Source of the DNA: an uncultured Actinomycetes bacterium
GTDB taxonomy: Bacteria; Actinomycetota; Thermoleophilia; UBA2241
Length of the DNA: 64,000 nt
Assembly: GCA_963709345.1 (NCBI GenBank)
Contig: CAVPVX010000007.1
Location: 192,001 to 256,000 of the forward strand
Direction of reading: 5' to 3'
Shown here in pieces: positions 58,900 to 64,000 of the stretch (positions are counted from its first letter, which is position 1; every line of letters begins with the position of its first letter). The notes beneath the pieces are model-generated. The model worked only from the letters and a program-made list of their open reading frames with translations. It did not search any database and was not told the origin of the DNA. Both the position numbers and the translations under genes were made by a program.

Positions 58900-59049
58900 A
58901 TGACTGATCGGATCTCCAGGCTTAAGCGCTTCTTCGAGGGCACGGCCAGCGTCGTGGCCTCCCCCATGGGCGACGCCAGGAGTCACCTGCGCGGCAAGGA
59001 CTTCATGAGGATCGACCTTACCGGGAGCGCGCGCTCCTACAGGGTCTGA
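58900..59049 (+). CDS. 49-aa small protein (paralog 1): MTDRISRLKRFFEGTASVVASPMGDARSHLRGKDFMRIDLTGSARSYRV
   Basis: GAGGAGGG RBS, strong upstream promoter, homology to the adjacent small ORF; not listed in the ORF track. Confidence 0.75.
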   Translation: MTDRISRLKRFFEGTASVVASPMGDARSHLRGKDFMRIDLTGSARSYRV

Positions 59050-59069
59050 ACAGAGAGGCGGTGGGCACC

Positions 59070-59207
59070 ATGCAGCATCGAATCTTTCGCTCCATCGGCC
59101 GTTTCTTCGAGGGTACCGGCGGAGTTCTCGGGACCCCCTCGGGCGACGCCCGCGGCCACATCCGTGTCACCGTCAAGACCGTGCACGACGGCGACTCGTC
59201 AGCCTGA
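59070..59207 (+). CDS. 45-aa small protein (paralog 2): MQHRIFRSIGRFFEGTGGVLGTPSGDARGHIRVTVKTVHDGDSSA
   Basis: GAGAGGCGG RBS; shares RI...RFFEGT..V...P.GDAR.H.R with paralog 1. Confidence 0.72.
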   Translation: MQHRIFRSIGRFFEGTGGVLGTPSGDARGHIRVTVKTVHDGDSSA

Positions 59208-59239
59208 TTCATGGGAAGCTGACCCAGCCCGCCAAACTA

Positions 59240-59358
59240 CAACACCCCCCTCCCGACAGCGGCCCCCCCAGCCGCGACCGGTGAGTCAAAGGGCCTCTCG
59301 CCCCCTGGTTCCGGCCCCCCATACGGCCAGGGATACGGCGAGGGGCCCTTCCCCTTTT
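59240..59358 (+). ncRNA. Candidate structured 3' RNA with C-rich loops, ending in a terminator-like stem
   Basis: ACCCCCCUCCC tract; hairpin gcggc-CCCCCCA-gccgc (59259-59275); long stem 59289-59350 with apical loop GCCCCCCAUA, followed by CCCCUUUU. Confidence 0.45.
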
Positions 59359-59444
59359 CTCAGTGCGACCACCACGGCCGACAGCGACGCCCGAAAGAGG
59401 TGCGGTCGGCGTGCAACGCCGCCCGGACCCGCGTCGCCCTCGGC

Positions 59445-60809
59445 TCAGACCGGGAAGCAGGCGGGGTAGCGGCGCGGCTTCTTCTTGCGCCGCTGGTACG
59501 TGCGCGCGAGCTCGATGAAGATCCCGACGTCGCGCTCCAGGTCGCCCTGCGTACCGTCGAAGTAGAACGTGCGGATCGGCATATCGTCGAGGTCCTTCTG
59601 CAGACTCGGGTACACCGCCTCCGTCACGATGCCGTTCATGCAAGTGAAGGGGCTGATGTCGATGATGCCGTCGGCGCCCTTCTGGTACAGGTAGATGGCC
59701 TTCCCGCTGCTCAGCACCATCTCGCCCAGGGCGCCCGTGTACGGCAGATAGGGATAGCTCATCTGCAGGACATCGCGCACGTCCACGGGCTCCTCGTACC
59801 CCACGAAGTCGTCGTGGAACGGTCCGTACAACGCATGCTCGTCGCGGCGCATGATCTTGTTCTTGAGGACTCGGACGAGGCTGTCCTTGCTGATGCGCCG
59901 GCCTTCGTCGATGAGCCGGCGACGCTGCTCGTCATCGGTGTACCAGACCCACTCCCCGATGTCCGACAGCCAGCACTCGCCGCCCTGCTCCTCGACGACG
60001 CGGATGAGGTCGAAGTTCGAGAAGGTGTTCTGGCGGCAGAAGATCTCGCCGACCACGCCGACCAGGGGGCGCGAAGCGTCGTAGTCGGCGGGCAACTGGC
60101 GGAAGCGGTCGCGGGCGCGCACCATGGCCGGCACGATGGCCTCCAGGCGCTGCCTGTGCGACACGCCGTTCAGGCTGACCGCCTCGCCCACCTCTTCGAG
60201 GCTGAGCGTGTAGGCGGCGTCCGCGGCACCCTTCTTGCGCTCGTAGGGCCGGGTCTTGAGCAGGAGCTTCATGAGGATGTCCTGGCACAGCACCGCCCGC
60301 CAGGCAGTGCGCACGAGATCCTGTGAATAGTTGCCGATCGACGAGTACCCGTCGCCCGACGTGATGCTGATCACCGGGACGTCGCTGTAGCCGAGCTCGT
60401 CGAACTTGCTGCGGATGAGGTGCAGGTACTGGCCGAAGCGGCACGGCCCGTTGGCCGACGGCATCAGGAAGGCGACGTTGTCGCGGCCTTCGTCCTCGAT
60501 GATGCGCAGGAAGTCGCCGAGCGTGATCTTCTGCGGGTAGCACTCGTCGCCGGAGGTCACCCGACTGCCGAGCTCCAGCGTGCGCTCGTCCGAGTCGCTG
60601 GTCGGCCAGCAGTCGAAGCCGATGGATCTGATCGCCGCGGCCAGCAGGTAGGAGCCGCCGTACGGCATCTGCGGCAGGTAGAGCGTCCGGCCCTCGAGAC
60701 CGTACGCGGCGATCGCCTGCTTGATGCCTTCATCCTGGACGGCCGCGCCGGCCGACGCGACGGCGTCTCCCGCGGCGGCTCCGCCCTGGGGACTAGGTGG
60801 CGACGACAC
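59445..60809 (-). CDS. 2-hydroxyacyl-CoA dehydratase-related / CoA-activase partner protein
   Basis: SGDECYP, GPCRFGQY, VVGEIFCR, ISPFTCM; GGAGG RBS, overlaps the activase gene. Confidence 0.82.
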   Translation of the reverse strand: MSSPPSPQGGAAAGDAVASAGAAVQDEGIKQAIAAYGLEGRTLYLPQMPYGGSYLLAAAIRSIGFDCWPTSDSDERTLELGSRVTSGDECYPQKITLGDFLRIIEDEGRDNVAFLMPSANGPCRFGQYLHLIRSKFDELGYSDVPVISITSGDGYSSIGNYSQDLVRTAWRAVLCQDILMKLLLKTRPYERKKGAADAAYTLSLEEVGEAVSLNGVSHRQRLEAIVPAMVRARDRFRQLPADYDASRPLVGVVGEIFCRQNTFSNFDLIRVVEEQGGECWLSDIGEWVWYTDDEQRRRLIDEGRRISKDSLVRVLKNKIMRRDEHALYGPFHDDFVGYEEPVDVRDVLQMSYPYLPYTGALGEMVLSSGKAIYLYQKGADGIIDISPFTCMNGIVTEAVYPSLQKDLDDMPIRTFYFDGTQGDLERDVGIFIELARTYQRRKKKPRRYPACFPV

Positions 60810-63800
60810 CGGCCACCTCCTCACGGCACTCGCGCGCCTCGTCGGCCGCGTCCTGGGACCACCAGCGCAGGAAGCCCTTGCTGTCGAGGTACGCCTCGCA
60901 GCGGGTCATGGCCCCGGCATCGTTCTGGTGCTCGTCGAACTGCAGCGTGAGGAACGGCTTGCCCGACGCCTCGCGCACGTAGTGCTTGATGTACGAGTCG
61001 GGGCCGCACTTGAAGTTCGTCATGTAGATCATGTGCAGCCGGTCCTTGTCGCGCACCCAGGTCGCCGTCTGGAGGATCTTGCGCCCGTAGTTCCAGTACA
61101 TGTTGGGGACAAGCGGATCGATGTCGATCCCCTTGATGGGCAGGAAGTCGAGCGGGATCAGGTTGACGCCGTAGAACTTGCGCAGCTTGCGCGGGATGTC
61201 CATGTTGATGCCCTTGTCGTACATGTTGTACGGGCGGCCCACGAGCACGACGCCGAGCTCGCCGGCCTCGTCGAGCCGGCGCAAGGCTTCGGCGCCGGCG
61301 ACCAGGAGGGCGCTCCGGAACTCGTCCTGGGCCGCGTAGGCGCGGTCGAGCGCGACGCGCACCCGCGCCTTGTTCGCACCGATACTCGCGCCCATCTCCG
61401 CCATGTCGCGGACGAGACCCTCCCTGCCGTCACGGAACTGCACGCGCGGCGCGAGGATCCTGCCCTTGTCCGGCTCAAGCCCAGGCGCGGTCTTGATGAC
61501 GAACGGCAGCGTCTGCCCCCAAGGGCAGGCGTGCGAGTTGTACTCCATGAACTCGGTCTCTTCGTTCACCTGGTTGGGCACGAAGACCCAGTCCACGCCC
61601 TGCCGCAACAGCCACTGGACGTGGCCGTGCGCAGCGCTGATCGGGAAGCACGGCTCGGCGACGGTGAGATCGACACCGGCCTCGCGGATCTGCTTGTCGC
61701 TCTCCGGTGAGAGCACCGGCCGCAGGCCCAGCTCGGCGAAGAACGTCGCCCAGAACGGCAGTCGGTCGTACGTGTACATGGCGCGCGCGAGGCCGACGGT
61801 GGGCGCCGTGTCCGGCACGCGTTCGCGTGCCGCTTCATACGGCGCCAGCAGTCGCTGCTCGCGGAAGGCGACGAGGTCTTCGATCACCGGCTCCTTGTCG
61901 ACCTTGGCCGGCTTGCGGTAGCGGTCGCTGCACTTGTCGCCCCAGTATGTCTTCTTGCCCTCGATGGTGAACTGGCGGATGTCGCATTCGTTCGAGCAGC
62001 CCTTGCACACGAAATCGACGACCGTGTAGTCGACCTCTGCGAGGTCCCAGCCCCGGAACGTCGTGGGCTCGCCGGTGCGCTGGGTGCGCTCGCGGGCGAG
62101 CAAGGCCATTCCGAGCGCGCCCATGACGCCGTTGTGCGGCGGGACGATGATCTCCTTGCCGAGGATCTGGCTGAAGGCGGCCGCCACGGCGTCGTTGTAC
62201 GCGGTGCCGCCCTGGAAGAAGATGCACTCCCCGACGTGGCGCTCGCGCACCAGCCGGTTCAGGTAGTTCGTGGCGATGCTGAAGGCGAGGCCCGCGACCA
62301 GGTCCTCGCGGCGCGCGCCGCGCTGCTGGTACGCCATGACGTCGCGCTCCATGAAGACGGTGCAGCGCTCGCCGAGCCGGATCGGCGCCGGCGAGCTCAA
62401 CGCCAACTCCGCGAACTCGTCGATGATGTTGATGCCGAGCTTCTCGGCCTGCTCCTCGAGGAAGGACCCGGTGCCGGCGGCGCACGCCTCATTCATGGCG
62501 AAGTCGACGACGATGCCGTCCTGCAGGCTGATGAACTTGGAGTCCTGGCCGCCGATCTCGAAGATCGTATCGCAACGCCTGTCGATCCGGCGGCCGATGT
62601 AGTCGGCGCCGGTCTTGTGGGCCGTGATCTCGTCGGTGACGATATCGGCTCCCGTGAGCTCACCGATGAGCTCGCGGCCGGAGCCGGTGGTGCCGACCCC
62701 GAGCAGGTTGATGCGCGCGCCGATCTCGCTCTGGATGTCGGCGAGCCCCTTGGCCACGACCTCTACGGGACGCGCGTCGGTCTTCGTGTAGATCTCCTTG
62801 ATGACCTCACCCTCGCCGTCGATCACGACGAGGTTGGTGGAGACGGAGCCGATGTCGATGCCCATGTAGGCGTCGATCACTCCCCCGTTGCCGTCGAAGT
62901 CGAACGCGCGGGCCATGTCGCGCAGCAGCAGCACGCGCTCCATGGAAAGAGGCTCGGTGACGGGGAACGCGGCGGCCGGAAGGTTGCCCGCGTCGAGCGC
63001 GCCGACGGCGGCATCGCGCGCGTGTTCGAGGTCGGCCTCGATGAGCGCCGCGCCGACCGCCCCGATGCTGGCGTGGAACTCGGGGATGAACAGCCTTTCG
63101 TCGTCCAGATCGAACGCCTCTCGCAGCGACAGCACGGCTCCTGCGTTCGCGGCCACCCCGCCGATGAACGCTACCGGCGCTTCGACGAGCTTGCCCTTGG
63201 CTATCGTGCCTTTGAAGTTGCGCATCACGGCGTCGCACAGACCGCGCAGCACTTCCGGAGGCTCGTACCCCTTCTGCTGGGCGTGGATCATGTCGCTCTT
63301 GGCGAACACGCTGCAGCGGCCGGCAATGCTCGCCGCCTTGCCCGCGCCGAGCACGATGTCGCCGACGTCTTCGATCTCGTACAGCAGGCGGCTCGCCTGC
63401 TGATCCATGAACGAGCCCGTTCCGGCGGCGCAGTCGCCGTTGGTCTGGTAGTCGACGATGCCGGCGCACGCTCCGTCGGCACCGCTGTCGAGGCGGATGT
63501 ACTTGGAAGTCTCCCCGCCCATCTCGAAGACGGTGCGCGTACCGGGGTGCAGCGCGGTGATGCCTCGGGTGATGGCCTTGAACTCGTTCTCGAACCCCGC
63601 GTTGAACGCCGGCGCCACCAGTCGGCCGCCCGAACCGGTGACACGGGCGCCTGTGAGGCCCCCCGGCGGCAGGGCCGCACGCAGTTCGGCGAGGAGCGCC
63701 GCCGCCGTGTCGGCCGGGCTCCCCTTGATGCGGCGGTACAGCACGACGAGCACCGGCGCCCCGTCGACCAGAGTCAGCCCCTCAGCCGCTGTCTGGAAGA

Positions 63801-63909
63801 GATCGGGACGCTCCGCGAGCAGCCGTCCGAAAAGCTCCTGGTCGTCCACCCCGCCGACGAGCGCGGCCTTGAGGCTGATGCAGCCGATATCGATGCCGAG
63901 AGTGATCAT
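60793..63909 (-). CDS. CoA-substrate-specific enzyme activase (two BcrA/BadF ASKHA ATPase domains plus DUF2229)
   Basis: GIDIG twice, EMGGETSK/EIGGQDSK, CAAGTGSF twice, GRCSVF/ERCTVF, EPCFP, NFKCGPDS. Confidence 0.92.
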   Translation of the reverse strand: MITLGIDIGCISLKAALVGGVDDQELFGRLLAERPDLFQTAAEGLTLVDGAPVLVVLYRRIKGSPADTAAALLAELRAALPPGGLTGARVTGSGGRLVAPAFNAGFENEFKAITRGITALHPGTRTVFEMGGETSKYIRLDSGADGACAGIVDYQTNGDCAAGTGSFMDQQASRLLYEIEDVGDIVLGAGKAASIAGRCSVFAKSDMIHAQQKGYEPPEVLRGLCDAVMRNFKGTIAKGKLVEAPVAFIGGVAANAGAVLSLREAFDLDDERLFIPEFHASIGAVGAALIEADLEHARDAAVGALDAGNLPAAAFPVTEPLSMERVLLLRDMARAFDFDGNGGVIDAYMGIDIGSVSTNLVVIDGEGEVIKEIYTKTDARPVEVVAKGLADIQSEIGARINLLGVGTTGSGRELIGELTGADIVTDEITAHKTGADYIGRRIDRRCDTIFEIGGQDSKFISLQDGIVVDFAMNEACAAGTGSFLEEQAEKLGINIIDEFAELALSSPAPIRLGERCTVFMERDVMAYQQRGARREDLVAGLAFSIATNYLNRLVRERHVGECIFFQGGTAYNDAVAAAFSQILGKEIIVPPHNGVMGALGMALLARERTQRTGEPTTFRGWDLAEVDYTVVDFVCKGCSNECDIRQFTIEGKKTYWGDKCSDRYRKPAKVDKEPVIEDLVAFREQRLLAPYEAARERVPDTAPTVGLARAMYTYDRLPFWATFFAELGLRPVLSPESDKQIREAGVDLTVAEPCFPISAAHGHVQWLLRQGVDWVFVPNQVNEETEFMEYNSHACPWGQTLPFVIKTAPGLEPDKGRILAPRVQFRDGREGLVRDMAEMGASIGANKARVRVALDRAYAAQDEFRSALLVAGAEALRRLDEAGELGVVLVGRPYNMYDKGINMDIPRKLRKFYGVNLIPLDFLPIKGIDIDPLVPNMYWNYGRKILQTATWVRDKDRLHMIYMTNFKCGPDSYIKHYVREASGKPFLTLQFDEHQNDAGAMTRCEAYLDSKGFLRWWSQDAADEARECREEVAGVVAT

Positions 63910-64000
63910 GGGTTCGAGCCGTGTACCTCCAGGGGCGCGGAGCGCCCCGCCGACTGCAAAGGTTACCGTCCGGCGCTTCCGCCCGCAAGCGGCGACCAAC

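Noticed and set aside
1-64000. CRISPR arrays, tRNA/rRNA genes, IS elements or integrases
   Set aside because: No regularly spaced repeats, RNA gene signatures, or transposase/integrase motifs were recognised. DUF2779 is Cas4-like only by inference and has no cas context.

Overview
High-GC (about 70% by eye) bacterial chromosomal window. The gene content suggests an anaerobic or microaerophilic actinobacterium (Thermoleophilia-like; inference). In order: the 3' part of a DinG helicase; an 11-gene minus-strand Fe-S/metallocluster cluster (DUF5320, ferredoxin, two MinD-like ferredoxin ATPases, Mrp/NBP35, radical SAM, two NifB/NifX proteins, DUF134, CoA-disulfide reductase-rhodanese) with two copies of a palindromic operator; a UDG-like gene and DUF2779 divergent from sbcDC; an MNT/HEPN toxin-antitoxin pair; a REC-PAS-HD-GYP protein; a corrinoid protein + MtaA-type methyltransferase + DUF1638-like/PAS/GGDEF operon; hisG; an arsenic cluster (arsR, arsM, arsP, metallophosphoesterase, acr3, arsR, thioredoxin); a pilin-like gene; two convergent nucleotidyltransferase-like paralogs; an ABC-F ATPase; a MutY-like glycosylase lacking Fe-S cysteines; and a CoA-activase/DUF2229 pair. 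The most novel candidates are (1) a locus missing from the ORF track at 58820-59358, with a near-consensus promoter, a Rex/CRP-type box, two paralogous 45-49 aa peptides and a 3' region of hairpins with C-rich loops; (2) the B12-methyltransferase-linked diguanylate cyclase operon; (3) the DUF134 operator and cluster. Several single-base frameshifts look like assembly indels. Family assignments come from motif recognition, not database searches.
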